A DNA stretch of 64,000 nt from Priapulus caudatus (Eukaryota). Of this stretch, positions 12,768-64,000 are shown in pieces (positions within the stretch are counted from its first letter, which is position 1; every line of letters starts with the position of its first letter). A program made the position numbers and the translations under genes. The notes beneath the pieces are model-generated. The model had not been told where the DNA came from and did not search any database. It saw only the letters and a list, made by a program, of their open reading frames with translations. The DNA lies in contig NW_014577063.1 in the NCBI RefSeq assembly GCF_000485595.1, forward strand, positions 330,046 through 394,045, read 5' to 3'.

Positions 12768-15565
12768 TGTGTGTGTGTGTGTGTGAGCGTGCGCGTGTGT
12801 ACTTTCCACGGCTGGTCTCTTAGCTCAAATAACAATACGTCGCCTATCGACGCCGATCTTGTCACAGGGAACTGATTTGCGGAGGTACCATTTGTATGGA
12901 CTGTCGTTTAGTTGATTCTCGTAGCCTGAATCTGCACTATGGGGCGGGAGAGGAGTTAGACAGTGTAGACACGGAGAATGTGGGTGAACCCTCGGAATAA
13001 TGTTTTTATTATAAGGATACTTAGTCATGTTCAGTGGCCACTGCCATAGAGGTCGTTAGTTACACGACTACCTGAAAAGTTGGAACAGTTCCACTGCTAA
13101 TGAACGAATGCAACTGCCATCGTGCATCCATTCTCTGTTCCTACGCGGATTTGATTGAATAGTACATTTGATGGGCACAGGACATTAGCAGTATCATTTG
13201 ACAGAAGTATCATTTGAAAGGGATAGCTGAGAGTTAGCGTTAGATATATTCTTTCGGTAGGGTACAATACAATTTATGGAAATAATGTATAAATGGGATC
13301 AGGTATCCATGGAAACGGGTATCTATTGGGAACGGCTATCTATGGAATAGGATATTCGTGAGATCAAGCGTCCATTGAATCAGGTGATAATGTGATCAGG
13401 TATCCGTTGAAACAGTTGTCTGTAGAGTCAAGTGTCACTGGAATTTGTTAGTTATGGGAGCAGGCTGCTTCCACGTAATCAGATATGATAGAATGAATTG
13501 ATGTATCGTAAGAAAATTACACCATACATGTCATACAATGCATTATTACCCTTCTAGGTTATTGCTAATTAATTTCACTGACTGTAATTGTGACAGAGGA
13601 CAGATGTATGCGTAATAGTACGAATGATTTCAAACGATCAGAGTTTTATGTACGATTAAATAGAAAGTATTATTATTATTATTGTTATTATTATTAGCAG
13701 GCGGAGAAAAGTATATGCTTTGTGCCGATATGGTTTTTGTAAGACAAAAAGGGCGCACTAGGTTTTTGTGTTTGCTTCGTCGTTTAAGTCATTATGTTAT
13801 TCAGTATTACGTATAGTATTGTTATAGCGTAACTGCTCACTGTAGCCGATAATTCGTCTTTCTCCGAGGTAGGTTTTATGTAAATGTAGATTATCTCACG
13901 ATTTTCCATTGATCAGTGATCGGTTTTGCCTCGTCGCCAGACTGATGTGCAATATGCGAGATCAATATTCTTTCGTTGTTGATTTTTTGTTTGTTGATTC
14001 GTCTCCCACGTGATTTCCTATATTGAACGTAGCGAAGATTTTTAGTGTTTTCATGGACGGGGTTATACGTTTAACCCTTTCACACCGTAGTCGAAAACAT
14101 GTCCCGTTTTACAGGCAGAAGTGATAGTCTTTGCAGAGAAAAGGCCTTGTATCACGTTGGTTTTGTTATTTGCTGTGAGAGAGTGGTACAGATTAGATGG
14201 GTTTGAACTGTGATTGATAAAGATTACTATTTTTTCGACTGATTAATAACTGGATGTATAATCATGCGTAGCACGGATATTCATACACATTCATTTATGA
14301 TGTTGTGCTCCAGATTGAAGAACATGTGAGTCTATGCATATTGAATAAAATATATTCAAAAATTATGTTTGCGTGCCTTTCGTTATTTCGGCTCTTTCTT
14401 ATATATGACACATTTTTGTTATTATTTATTTAAGACGCAGTGAACTATTATAAAAGTGAACGGTTTTAGTTTTTAAGTATATATATTCAAGGGGAAACGG
14501 TCACCAAACGTCCACACACGCACGCACGCACGCGCACACACACACACACACGCACGCACACGCACACGCACACACACACACACATATATATATATATTCA
14601 TTGACAATTTGGCAAAATCTATCGGGAAAGGTAGGAAAATTGTGAAATGTTGAAAGCTGTTGTCGGGCGAATGTAGGCCTATATTGCAGCCCCGCCTGCC
14701 TATCCATCTTTAATATCTCAGTTTACATTCGTTTTTCTAAATAGTCACTATCTCAATATGTTTAAATTTGGAGGTAGGAAGCAGTCCCGTTTCACTATAC
14801 TGTGACTTATTGGATATATTCCCGCATGTTGCGTACGTCCACGCATATTCTGGTTGTGCAAATATGATCTAGGCCTACATATTGCGCATATTGTCGAGTC
14901 GAAATTCTGAAATCGATCCAATAGCAGAAAGGACATGTACTCCAAATATTATAAATTAGAAAGGGGAAGCTGACGCATGTCCGTATTCTGCCAGACTGCC
15001 ACATATAGGTGATATTATCTTATTAGTATATCTATAATAGAAAAATTCCTATAGACTGTCTCCGGGCCCTCAACGTATACCGCTCAAGCGCGTACACCGT
15101 CACCGCACACGTCAGTCTATTTTCTGTCTGTCTGTGTCTGTGTCTGTCTGTCTGTCGGTCGGTAGGTCGGTCGGCCTGCCTGCCTACCTGTCTAGCTTGT
15201 TTATGAGGCACTCAAACAGGCTACACACAAAGTCAAAATAATAAACAAAAAATAAAAAATTAGTCACGTCAAAATCAAGAGCCCAGACTTGCGTGATGTT
15301 GTAACTGTAATTATTTAATGTATTAATGATTTATTGTGCCTATTTATGCAATATAATAAAATCGCGTTTTCATTGAGAAAAATCTGATGGACGCAACGCT
15401 ATACAACACAAAGAAAAAATATAATACAATAACGAAAACGCTTTCTTTACAACTAAAGTGAATAAGGTATGCTATATAAAAAAGATTTCTACACACATGC
15501 GCCCGCACACGCGCGCGCTCACTGAGCCTGAGTCACTCTCATACAAACCCACATCCATACACACA

Positions 15566-15676
<111 letters not shown>

Positions 15677-16310
15677 TTCAACTTACACATATTTCACACA
15701 TATTTCAACATATTACACCCCCACACATATTTCAACACCCCCACACATAGTATGAATCATTATCATAAGCATTAGTCTCCTATATTAGTTGCTAATATTG
15801 TATTTTTATATTATTTTTTTACATTTTAAGTGAAGAGCTCTTTTTCCTAAGTGAGTTGTGACCATATATATTAGTTGTTGTAATATTTGTCAGTTATGGT
15901 AGGAAACTATTTTTGAGTGGTTTTCAAGATGGTTGATGTTTTTGTATATAAATATAAGTGTATTAAAGGTGGTATATAACATAAGTGGTATTTAATTTGA
16001 TATTCTATTGGAGGCACTTTTAGTTATTTAGTAGAAGTACCATTTTGGACTAGTCTATGGCACTCATAGAGAGGGTTTTCCATCCTTCTATATATACATA
16101 TATCGAATTACATTGCAATTGTATGTATTATATAATTAAATATTAATAAATATATAAATAACAAAGAAATGGAAGAATAGAAGAAAAGGGTAGAATAATA
16201 AGTTTCTTCCGCTGCCGTTGATTATTAATGGCGCTGTAATCGCTTTTTAAGATTGGCACTATCGCAGGCGTATTTGTGTGCGTGTTTTGTACGAAGTTAC
16301 ACTTACAGCG

Positions 16311-16943
16311 ATGGCGGACGCCGCTGCTAGATCACTTCAGTATGAATACAAAGCGGTAAGTTATTTTGTTTCAGCTCAATACTACTGGCATCATGATGAA
16401 TTCATCAACAGTTTAGCCAAGATGAAGTTGAAATATTTATGGTTTTATAACGGATCCGTCCCACTAAACTGCATAACAAATACAATTTAAAAAGACAAAT
16501 GCCTAACTTTGTCTTTAGCTTTAGATTAGGGGGTACAAATACTAATAGTAATAGTAATAATAGTACTACTACTAGTAGTAGTCATAGAAATAGATAGATA
16601 ACCTAGAAATAGATAGGTTATCTATCTATTTCTATGAGTAGTAGTAGTTGTACTAGCGCTGTGTAAATAGGACTGATCAAAGCAGCGCGAATTCCACAAA
16701 AATAGTATTTTTAAGGTAATAGTAATACTAGTAACCATGCCCTTTTATGGAAGTTCTCATTTTAATATGGTTGCTGCAGAACTCCAACCTTGTGCTGCAA
16801 GCTGACCGCTCGCTGATCGAGCGACGCAGCAGGGATGAGGCGACAGGAGAGGTCATGTCACTCGTCGGCAAGCTCACTGGTTCCAAGATGGGCGACCGCT
16901 ACCAGCGTACACGTCCTCAGGGTCTGGAGGAGCGCCGATCAAA
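16311..16943 (+). CDS. SNRNP200: Extra copy of SNRNP200 exons 1-2, join(16311..16355,16780..16943); probable allelic or assembly duplicate
   Basis: [31 protein letters not shown]...EERRSK, same peptide as the 18390 copy; the block ends at the 10-N gap 17723-17732. Confidence 0.7.
16583..16636. repeat. 54-bp perfect hairpin (CATAGA...TCTATG micro-MITE)
   Basis: catagaaatagatagataacct / aggttatctatctatttctatg 22-bp stem with 10-nt loop; duplicated at 18663-18716. Confidence 0.7.
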
Positions 16944-16948
16944 GTAAG

Positions 16949-17196
16949 GCTCATAGGGTCTATGTCCATATCAAATAGTGACCAGGGTACGTTCCGGCAG
17001 TACCCTGGGGGTTTAGGGTTAGGATTAGGGTTAGGGTTGGGGTTAGGGAGTAGGCGTAGGCGACTCCCTAGACTCGTTAGTGGAGTAGGCGAGGTACGGT
17101 CCGGCATATTAGATAGTACCAGTGTACGTTCCGGTATACCGGACCGTACCCAGGGTACGTTCCGGCAGTACCCCGGGGGACATAGACCCTCTCAGC
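16949..17196 (+). mobile_element. TTAGGG-core MITE inserted at the exon 2 donor (copy with 46-bp internal inversion)
   Basis: Termini gctcatagggtctatgtc...gacatagaccctctcagc; 9-bp TSD CAAAGTAAG at 16940-16948 and 17197-17205. Confidence 0.85.
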
Positions 17197-17732
17197 CAAA
17201 GTAAGTAGTGACCTAGTGACAGCTAGTCTAGGGGCCGATGGAGAGGCTTAATTGTCCCAAAGCCTGATCTTACGGAATTATTCATTTTTACAAATTTTTA
17301 CTCACAAATTCGAATTAAGTAATGCCTAAATCACACGATTCTCAGAATTATCTTGCGAGAATACCTGACAAAGCTGTCTGATAAATCATATAAGCAGCCA
17401 ATGTATTATGTCTCTCGTGCGCATGTTCTGTATTATTTCACATGTAAAGGGATTGCCTTGCATTTATAACTTAATGCATGCAATGTTCTATTGGTAAAGG
17501 CATTTTTAAGCCAAAACAAAATATGTGTGGTTACCATTACATGCCGAAAAAAATAGGGTAGGTAGGTATGGAAAACATTTTATTTTCTTGAAATATTTTA
17601 TTTGCGAACCATGTCCAGGGTTCTTGTTAACCTTTGACAAAGCATGTAATTTGAAAATGAATAGCAGCTATCTTTTTTTCCTGCACGGACGGTAGGGCGA
17701 GCGGCGAAGGCGCGAAGTCCTGNNNNNNNNNN

Positions 17733-17768
<36 letters not shown>

Positions 17769-18389
17769 TTCACACATATTTCAACATATTACACCCCACA
17801 CATATTTCAACACCCCAACACATAGTATGAATCATTATCATAAGCATTAGTCTCCTATATTAGTTGCTAATATTGTATTTTTATATTATTTTTTTTACAT
17901 TTTAAGTGAAGAGCTCTTTTTCCTAAGTGAGTTGTGACCATATATATTAATTGTTGTAATATTTGTCAGTTATGGTAGGAAACTATTTTTGAGTGGTTTT
18001 CAAGATGGTTGATGTTTTTGTATATAAATATAAGTGTATTAAAGGTGGTATATAACATAAGTGGTATTTAATTTGATATTCTATTGGAGGCACTTTTAGT
18101 TATTATTTAATTCTAGTAGAAGTACCATTTTGGACTAGTCTATGGCACTCATAGAGAGGGTTTTCCATCCTTCTATATATACATATATCGAATTACATTG
18201 CAATTGTATGTATTATATAATTAAATATTAATAAATATATAAATAACAAAGAAATGGAAGAATAGAAGAAAAGGGTAGAATAATAAGTTTCTTCCGCTGC
18301 CGTTGATTATTAATGGCGCTGTAATCGCTTTTTAAGATTGGCATTATCGCAGGCGTATTTGTGTGCGTGTTTTGTACGAAGTTACAGCG

Positions 18390-56029
<37,640 letters not shown>

Positions 56030-56498
56030 TGATGCCGCCTTACTCACTGCGCGCTAGGTGGTGGCATGCATTGATTCACTGGTACCGCGACCAGGAGACT
56101 GAATTTATTGAATTCATGTTAGGCACCATTGCAGTATGCATTTATGTCATTGGCATATAAACTAGTGTATAAACTCACGTTCATACAACTGTCCCTTGAC
56201 ACGTTGAATCGACGTTTGTGTGGCATCTTGTTCGTATATAAACGAGTATGTTGCGTGCAAAACTGTTGATGGCTTGTGCCATTGGTCTGTATAGTGACCG
56301 TCTAAATTTGTGTGTGGAGTAGAGTGACTGCTGGTGTGAACTTTTCTTATATGACCATTGATTGTGTGTGACCTTGGAGACGTGATTTGTCTTCGATAAT
56401 TAGTGGTATATGTTGTAAAATCTTATATGTCAACTGGATATTATTAGCACTGGGATAGTGATAGGTAGTGAAGCCGTGATAGCTGACCAACATAATAC

Positions 56499-56504
56499 AA
56501 TAAA
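56499..56504 (+). promoter_or_regulatory. Candidate polyadenylation signal for SNRNP200
   Basis: AATAAA about 470 nt after the stop codon; motif only. Confidence 0.3.
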
Positions 56505-57744
56505 AAAACATGAAGACTGTCAATATTGCAAATTTTTCCATAATGCTATTGAGTTATATGGCCCAAAAAATTCTTATGGGATATGTATATATATATATAC
56601 ATACATACATACATGCACACATTCACGTACGTTGTTAACTAGCTAGTTCTAATTGTAAATAGTCTGAGGTTAGATGATTTGTAGTGCTGAATCACTCTGT
56701 GTTTAGCCGCCTGTGCACAAGGTTTTTATCCATCCGCTTTTGAGTAGTTGAAATCGAGAATAAGATTTCACATATGGACCACTTATAGTGCTGAGAGGGC
56801 ACACAAGTGAAGGATTTCATGGCATACGTAAAGATGTGGATTGTTGTGACAAGCAGGCACCGGCCCTACAGTAGCACCCGGCACTGCAGTAACATCATGA
56901 ACATCTCAAAAACATAATCTAACTATCATATACTGGCAATAGAATTGTACACGTCGGTGTCACCGGCCGAGTTGGAAATAATGTTATCATTTCTTTGTGA
57001 AGCCGATAAACGATGATGTCTTCACTATACTTCCACTATATTGGATTTATTTTTCAATTTAACGCATGTGATTATATACATGTAAGATGATAGGTTTGTG
57101 ATCATCAAGGTTAATTAAAGTTCATTTTCCCACCTATATGCTATATTGTCTTTGTGTTCAACTTTTGTGGCGTTTGTTACTTTTGACTTTTACTGGTTAT
57201 TTGGTTTTGCTGACCATTGACATGGCTTTTTACTGGTTTTGACTTTGGGCGGTAGAGCAGAGGCATATCGTGTACAGAGAAAGGTACAGACATTATCGGG
57301 ATAAATCTGGGTGAGCAAATGAGAACCATCTTTATACTTGCACATCTATGTTTGTATAATATGCAGTTGCTATCTGAGAATAAATATTTGCTCATGTTCG
57401 CCTGAACAATCCATAGAGGAAATCGCTAACTTGCGGTTTATCGCTTGGCACCACCACAGACTAACGAATACACAGACTGGCCACTTCCCATACCTTGGGC
57501 ATAAAATTGGCATCATGTAACAATTAGCCATTGTCAAAGTAGAGATTGGACAGGGCAGGAGTAAGCGGAAGCCCGTTATAGCACCCACTGTGGTCGGTAT
57601 AAACTGTATATAACGTACGACCGTAACCATAACCATAATTATAACCATGACCACAACCATAGTCATTACCGTAACCCTAACCGTAACAGTTGGGATATGA
57701 ATGCAAATATCATTAGCAATTAACATTCTAGTACAGAGAGATGC

Positions 57745-58852
57745 TCACGCACACACACAAACTCACAGACAAACGTACAAATATACACAGAGAGGCGGAC
57801 AGACACACAGATAGAGACATACAGACAGAGCGACACAAACATAGAGACATACAGAGAGCGACACAAACATAGAGACATACAGAGAGCGACACAAACATAG
57901 AGACATACAGAGAGCGACACAGACAGACAGGCACACGCACAGACTTACGGACAGCCGTGCACACATACGGACAGACGTACGCACATACGGACAGACGTAC
58001 GCACATACGGACAGTCCGGCGTGCGCACATACGGACAGACGTGCGCACATGCGGACAGACGTACGCACATGCGGACAGACGTACGCACATGCGGACAGAC
58101 GTGCGCACATGCGGACAGACGTACGCACATACGGACAGACGTACGCACATACGAACAGACGTACGCACATACGGACAGACGTACGCACATACAGACAGAC
58201 GTGCGCACATACGGACAGACGTACGCACATACGTACATACAGGCAGACAGACCCGAACACACGCACACGCAGACACGCACGCAGACACACAAGCACACAC
58301 ACGCACGCGCGCGCGCGCGCGTATGCATAAAGACGCATATACACACATACGAACAGACATACGTACAGACAGGCAGACAGACGCGAACTCACGCACACAC
58401 ACAGACAGACACACACACACGCACGCGCGCGCGTGTACACAGACAGACGCACACACACGTGTACACAAACAGACACACACACGTGTACACAGTCAGACAC
58501 ACACACGTACACACAGACACAGACAGACACACGTGTACACAGACAGACACATACACACACGTGTACACAGACAGACACATACACACGTGTACACAGACAG
58601 ACACATACACACGTGTACACAGCCAGACACGCACATACGAACAGACGTACGCACATACGGACAGACGTACGCACATACGGACAGACGTACGCACATACGT
58701 ACAGACAGGCAGACAGACCCGAACACACGCACACGCAGACACGCACGCAGACACACAAGCGCACACACGCACACACGCACGCACGCGCGCGCACGTATGC
58801 ATAAAGAGATGCATATACACACATACGAACAGACAGGCAGCCAGACGCGAAC

Positions 58853-58908
<56 letters not shown>

Positions 58909-60160
58909 GCGTGTACACACACATACACACGTGTACACAAACAGACACACACACACAGACACACAGACGTGTACACAGACACACACACACGTGTACACAG
59001 ACACACACACACATGTACATAGACAGACACACACACGTACACACAGACACAGACAGACACACGTGTACACAGACAGACACATACACACGTGTACACAGAC
59101 AGACCCACACGTGTACACAGCCAGACACACACACAGACACACACACACACTCTCACACACACACACACACACATGCATTTGGTTTGTGATTACATTACCT
59201 CCTTGGCGGAGGTAACAAACGCCTAGACGCGCANNNNNNNNNNNNNNNNNNNNNNNNNNNNNNNNNNNNNNNNNNNNNNNNNNNNNNNNNNNNNNNNNNN
59301 NNNNNNNNNNNNNNNNNNNNNNNNNNNNNNNNNNNNNNNNNNNNNNNNNNNNNNNNNNNNNNNNNNNNNNNNNNNNNNNNNNNNNNNNNNNNNNNNNNNN
59401 NNNNNNNNNNNNNNNNNNNNNNNNNNNNNNNNNNNNNNNNNNNNNNNNNNNNNNNNNNNNNNNNNNNNNNNNNNNNNNNNNNNNNNNNNNNNNNNNNNNN
59501 NNNNNNNNNNNNNNNNNNNNNNNNNNNNNNNNNNNNNNNNNNNNNNNNNNNNNNNNNNNNNNNNNNNNNNNNNNNNNNNNNNNNNNNNNNNNNNNNNNNN
59601 NNNNNNNNNNNNNNNNNNNNNNNNNNNNNNNNNNNNNNNNNNNNNNNNNNNNNNNNNNNNNNNNNNNNNNNNNNNNNNNNNNNNNNNNNNNNNNNNNNNN
59701 NNNNNNNNNNNNNNNNNNNNNNNNNNNNNNNNNNNNNNNNNNNNNNNNNNNNNNNNNNNNNNNNNNNNNNNNNNNNNNNNNNNNNNNNNNNNNNNNNNNN
59801 NNNNNNNNNNNNNNNNNNNNNNNNNNNNNNNNNNNNNNNNNNNNNNNNNNNNNNNNNNNNNNNNNNNNNNNNNNNNNNNNNNNNNNNNNNNNNNNNNNNN
59901 NNNNNNNNNNNNNNNNNNNNNNNNNNNNNNNNNNNNNNNNNNNNNNNNNNNNNNNNNNNNNNNNNNNNNNNNNNNNNNNNNNNNNNNNGACACACGTGTA
60001 CACAGACAGACACACGTGTACACAGACAGACACACGTGTACACAGACAGACACACGTGTACACAGACAGACACACGTGTACACAGACAGACATATGTGTA
60101 CACAGACAGCCAGACACATACACGTGACACGTGTACACAGACAGACAGACACGCACATTC
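57745..60160. repeat. Compound CA-rich satellite (22-bp cggacagacgtacgcacata-type and cacgtgtacacagacaga-type units), interrupted by an N-gap
   Basis: Direct reading; explains the long low-complexity ORFs in all frames. Confidence 0.9.
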
Positions 60161-60544
60161 TCCATACATAATAACAATTAATATAACCCAGAGAGATCGA
60201 CTAGAATCTACAAAATATACCTAGAAAACCGTGGTTCTGCAACAAATCGCAGTAATGACATCTCTCTATAGCCTACTATGGGATGACGGGCATCATTTGT
60301 TCGTGGCACAGTCCCAGATTTGTAATCACAGGCAGTGCATGTGCTTTACTATGATCACATTTTATCATAACTGATATATATAGTGTCCTCGTTTATTCGT
60401 CGGCCGGATGCCACTTTTGCCGCGCATCGTAGCATATGCACCTATTTCATTTTAATAGTATTGCACAACGCGGCTACTGATACGGCAGATGAAGCATATC
60501 GGCCTACTGTACGACAAACGCGTTGAACATACGTTTGCTGCATG

Positions 60545-60611
60545 CATAGAAATATAATATAGAGAGATTAGAGACGCTATATAATTACATGGCAACTTTA
60601 TTATATCTATG
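60545..60611. mobile_element. 67-bp CATAGA...TCTATG micro-MITE with 8-bp TSD
   Basis: TIR catagaaatataata / tattatatctatg; direct repeat GCTGCATG at 60537-60544 and 60612-60619. Confidence 0.65.
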
Positions 60612-61084
60612 GCTGCATGCTTAATTGTCACTTGCGGGGTCGGGTCAGGTCACGTTTTAGTGGGCATGGCTGGTATATGGCTGATGAAATGCATTATGCG
60701 TCTGGTCGTTTACGAAACACTAATTTCAGATATAATTACTTACTTAACAATTAGTTTGTGATATTTTTGATATATAAATAATAAAGGAATAGTGAAAAAT
60801 ATCGTTAAAAATATCGTTATAATCAAGGCTCTCGATCCCCGCTTCCCGGCTCGGGAGCGGGGACGCGTCATCTCAGCGTCAATTTAGCCATAGATGTCTA
60901 TATATGTACTGTATATAGTATTATCTATATATGTATTTATACATCTGTACTATCTGTATATACTATATTATAATTATAGATCGCACAAGGGGCGATGCGA
61001 TGGGCAATGTGAGCTTCGGACGCTAGATTGCTACCGTTAGCGTGTAGTTGGCGCTGCTTTTCAAAACAATAGAACAGCGTTAAA

Positions 61085-63553
61085 ATGGCTTTTACTTTTG
61101 CAGCGTTTTCATACATTGCGGCACTTATTTTAGATGCTTTTTTGATATTTTTTGCTATCTTTCATGTAAGTATTATTAGTTTGTTAATTCTGCAGCAATC
61201 TTTGGCTTTCTAAGCAATGACAGCTTGTAGTTGCATTTGTAACGAGAAAATGCAATTCGGCTGTGCTGACCGGCGCCCTAGGCTAGCCTCCTGCACAATT
61301 ATTAATATCGCTGTGGCTATATGCCCGGCAGCCGGGCACGGTCTTCGTTTTCCTAAATGTTCGGCAGTTCTTAACCCTAACTCTAACCCTAACCCTAACC
61401 CTAACAAAAACCCTAACTCTAACCCTAACCCGAACCCTAACCCTAAACCTAATCCTAACTCTAACCCTAGGGCCTAACCCTAACAAAAACCCTAACTCTA
61501 ACCCTAACCCGAACCCTAACCCTAAACCTAATCCTAACTCTAACCCTAGGGCCTAACCCTTGTTTACTTGAGATAACACTAAAANNNNNNNNNNNNNNNN
61601 NNNNNNNNNNNNNNNNNNNNNNNNNNNNNNNNNNNNNNNNNNNNNNNNNNNNNNNNNNNNNNNNNNNNNNNNNNNNNNNNNNNNNNNNNNNNNNNNNNNN
61701 NNNNNNNNNNNNNNNNNNNNNNNNNNNNNNNNNNNNNNNNNNNNNNNNNNNNNNNNNNNNNNNNNNNNNNNNNNNNNNNNNNNNNNNNNNNNNNNNNNNN
61801 NNNNNNNNNNNNNNNNNNNNNNNNNNNNNNNNNNNNNACTACTACTAGTAGTAGTACTAGGTAGTACTAGTAGTAGTAGTAAAGTCTAAACTCAGACTAA
61901 AGTTGAAAAGAGGGTAAAAACAATGTCAATTATACTGAATTAGAATAAGCAGTGGATATTTAACCATATACGGCAGAGTATCCACTTCCGCTAAATATTG
62001 TACCGTACGCCACATTTGATTGTCTAGTATATTTATGACGTCATCAACATTACGTTCGAATCTACGTACGAACATAGCTATCTAGAAAACTTTTAGGTTC
62101 AAATCCCATTTATTTCTACACATTTGTAGCCCCGTTTGATCATAGAAGCTATTTTTCGCGAACCACGTTTCTAAAAGAAACCTTTTGAACACGTTCATAA
62201 TATATACACGTACATAAATATACTAGCCAATCAGAAGTACTGTATGGTAAAATAGCGGAAGTGGATACTCTGCCGTATACGGTTAAATATCCACTGCGAT
62301 TAGATAACCAGCCTCAATGTCTTTTGGTTTTGTGGCACTGTAGTCAACATCCAGAAAATGTGTAGCAACCCTTAAAAAAAACAGTGCATTATACCATTGC
62401 GGCCATACATACACTGTATTATCCAAATCCAGAAGCTTGTATTAAGCAGTAACTGATAGTTAGCTATAACAGTTGCACTAAAATAAAAACAATCATTGTG
62501 TATATAGTTAATATACACACAATATGCACCATTTATGCCTGTTCACCCAGACACATTAAATTAATGTTCACAAAACAGTTCAATCATTAATTGCCATGTT
62601 AATAATTAATGTCGCAACTATTTTGTACGTGATCCAGTTAGAAAATACCTAGAAATGTTGCTGTGCTGTGATGGTTAACGATATTCATTCTCTCGCACAA
62701 AGCCAGTTGTTGATGAAAACATTGGTGTCAATGCTGTAATGAATAAAAATTTACAATTGATGTCTTTTCTTGTTGAATTTGTATAGAGTGCTGATGTAAG
62801 GATTTTGCTTTCACTTTCAGGTTATTGCCTTTGATGAACTGAAAACGGACTACAAGAATCCTATTGACCAATGCAACAGTTTAAATCCAGTATGTTTATA
62901 ATTTTAGATTTACAGTGTTTCCCCTGGCCAAAAAAAGGTCTGTGAGGTGGTCAATTTTTTGTGTTTGCGCATTTCGAGGTCCTAGCAAAGTGAGCACAGC
63001 TAGGGGGGTCCAGGGGCATGACCCCCGGAATTTTTTGAAAAATGGTGCAATTTGGTGCATTCTAAGTGATTTTTGTCAGCGAGGTGGTGTTTTGGACAAA
63101 TTTATGTGTGGCGGCTGAGAATTTGAGCGAGGCGGTGCGCCTCGCTCGTGTCAATGCAGGGGAAACACTGATTTATTCATTTTGTCTATAGCAGATTATT
63201 TTGTTGTTCTGGCTTATTATGTAACTAAGTCCCACAGCAACTGTGTTACTTTTGTTCGTATAACAAGATTTTGTCTTACATGGTGAGGTTAGGGTCATTG
63301 TGTAACTGGGTTATTGTCTTTGTTCCATTAATGATATGTTAAATGCATATTATATTTTTCATGTGATTACAAGGTAAGCAATATTGATTAATAGGTAATT
63401 CCAACATATCTATTAATCATCTATTTTTTATCCTTTTCAGTTGGTGTTACCAGAATACATAATTCATCTATTCTTCAATCTTCTATTCTTATTTGCTGGA
63501 GAATGGTTCACTATAATACTTAACATACCTCTCATTGCATACCATGTACACAG
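61085..63553 (+). CDS. cni: Protein cornichon (cni/CNIH1), 3' partial, join(61085..61165,62821..62889,63441..63553)
   Basis: MAFTFAAFSYIAALILDAFLIFFAIFH|VIAFDELKTDYKNPIDQCNSLNP|LVLPEYIIHLFFNLLFLFAGEWFTIILNIPLIAYHVH matches the cornichon family; GT-AG introns in phase; missed by the ORF track because the exons are short. Confidence 0.95.
61372..61559. repeat. Interstitial telomere-like (TAACCC)n tract with a higher-order duplication
   Basis: taaccc/taactc/taatcc variants; block aacaaaaaccctaactct...ctagggcctaaccct occurs twice. Confidence 0.85.
61949..62297. mobile_element. MITE-like element with about 45-bp TIRs in cornichon intron 1
   Basis: gcagtggatatttaaccatatacggcagagtatccacttccgcta pairs with tagcggaagtggatactctgccgtatacggttaaatatccactgc; no clear TSD. 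Confidence 0.75.
62913..63170. mobile_element. MITE with 14-bp TIR and 5-bp TSD in cornichon intron 2
   Basis: cagtgtttcccctg ... caggggaaacactg; ATTTA at 62908-62912 and 63171-63175. Confidence 0.75.
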
Positions 63554-64000
63554 GTAGGTAACTATTAATATTTAAGTGTGTGTGCGTGTGTGCATGTGTG
63601 TGTGTACGTATGTGTCTGTATATATATATATATATATATTACTTGTTGCTCAAAATAGGGGAAAAATACTCTTACAAGTGCTTATTGCTAACCATCTAGA
63701 GAGCACTGTAATCCATAGATATATGTCTCATACTGAAAGTTGAAATCACATATATACATGCCCATACATACATCTGTTTACTGTCAGAAGTTGTTGTATT
63801 TGTTTAGTCTGGCAAGGACACTGCAGTGGATAGTATTTACATTTAAATGCTACTGGTATATTTGGGTAATACTTTCCCACATGAAGATACAGGAGAGTGA
63901 TGGGAGAATAAAATCTCCCTTTGTCTGTAACACAATTAAAATAACGGCAGTTACAAAGAATTAATGAACAAGAATTATTGCTGGGCGAGTCCTTCCGTTA

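Noticed and set aside
8600..15500. Possible additional gene between the receptor and SNRNP200
   Set aside because: Only short ORFs without codon bias or recognisable motifs; a small-exon or non-coding gene cannot be excluded by eye
57728..60224. ORFs up to 804 aa rich in C/V or H/T
   Set aside because: CA/GT satellite and N-gap readthrough
61372..61584. True chromosome end
   Set aside because: The tract is degenerate and lies inside cornichon intron 1, with in-phase exons continuing beyond the gap

Overview
Eukaryotic (invertebrate animal, probably protostome) draft-assembly DNA with three + strand protein-coding genes. (1) An HR96/NR1J-type nuclear hormone receptor with 2 coding exons (3520-8280). 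(2) A complete 41-coding-exon U5 snRNP 200 kDa helicase gene (SNRNP200/Brr2, about 16311/18390-56029). Its 5' end is present in 2-3 copies, and exons 26-31 are duplicated and out of order around N-gaps, with one indel-riddled copy of each duplicated exon; this is most likely an assembly or gap-filling artefact. (3) The first three exons of a cornichon gene (61085-63553, running off the window). Intergenic and intronic DNA holds several non-autonomous DNA transposons (a TTAGGG-core element with 9-bp TSDs, a TTAA/AGG Kolobok-like element, 5-bp and 8-bp TSD MITEs) plus many micro/minisatellites. The most unusual pattern is in SNRNP200, where intronic tandem repeats are repeatedly built from the gene's own exon-intron junctions. 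This gives arrays of 2 to about 40 decoy splice donors or acceptors; in the cases translated by hand their use would frameshift or stop the protein. Exon numbers are my own count of coding exons, and protein identifications rest on recalled motifs, not a database search.
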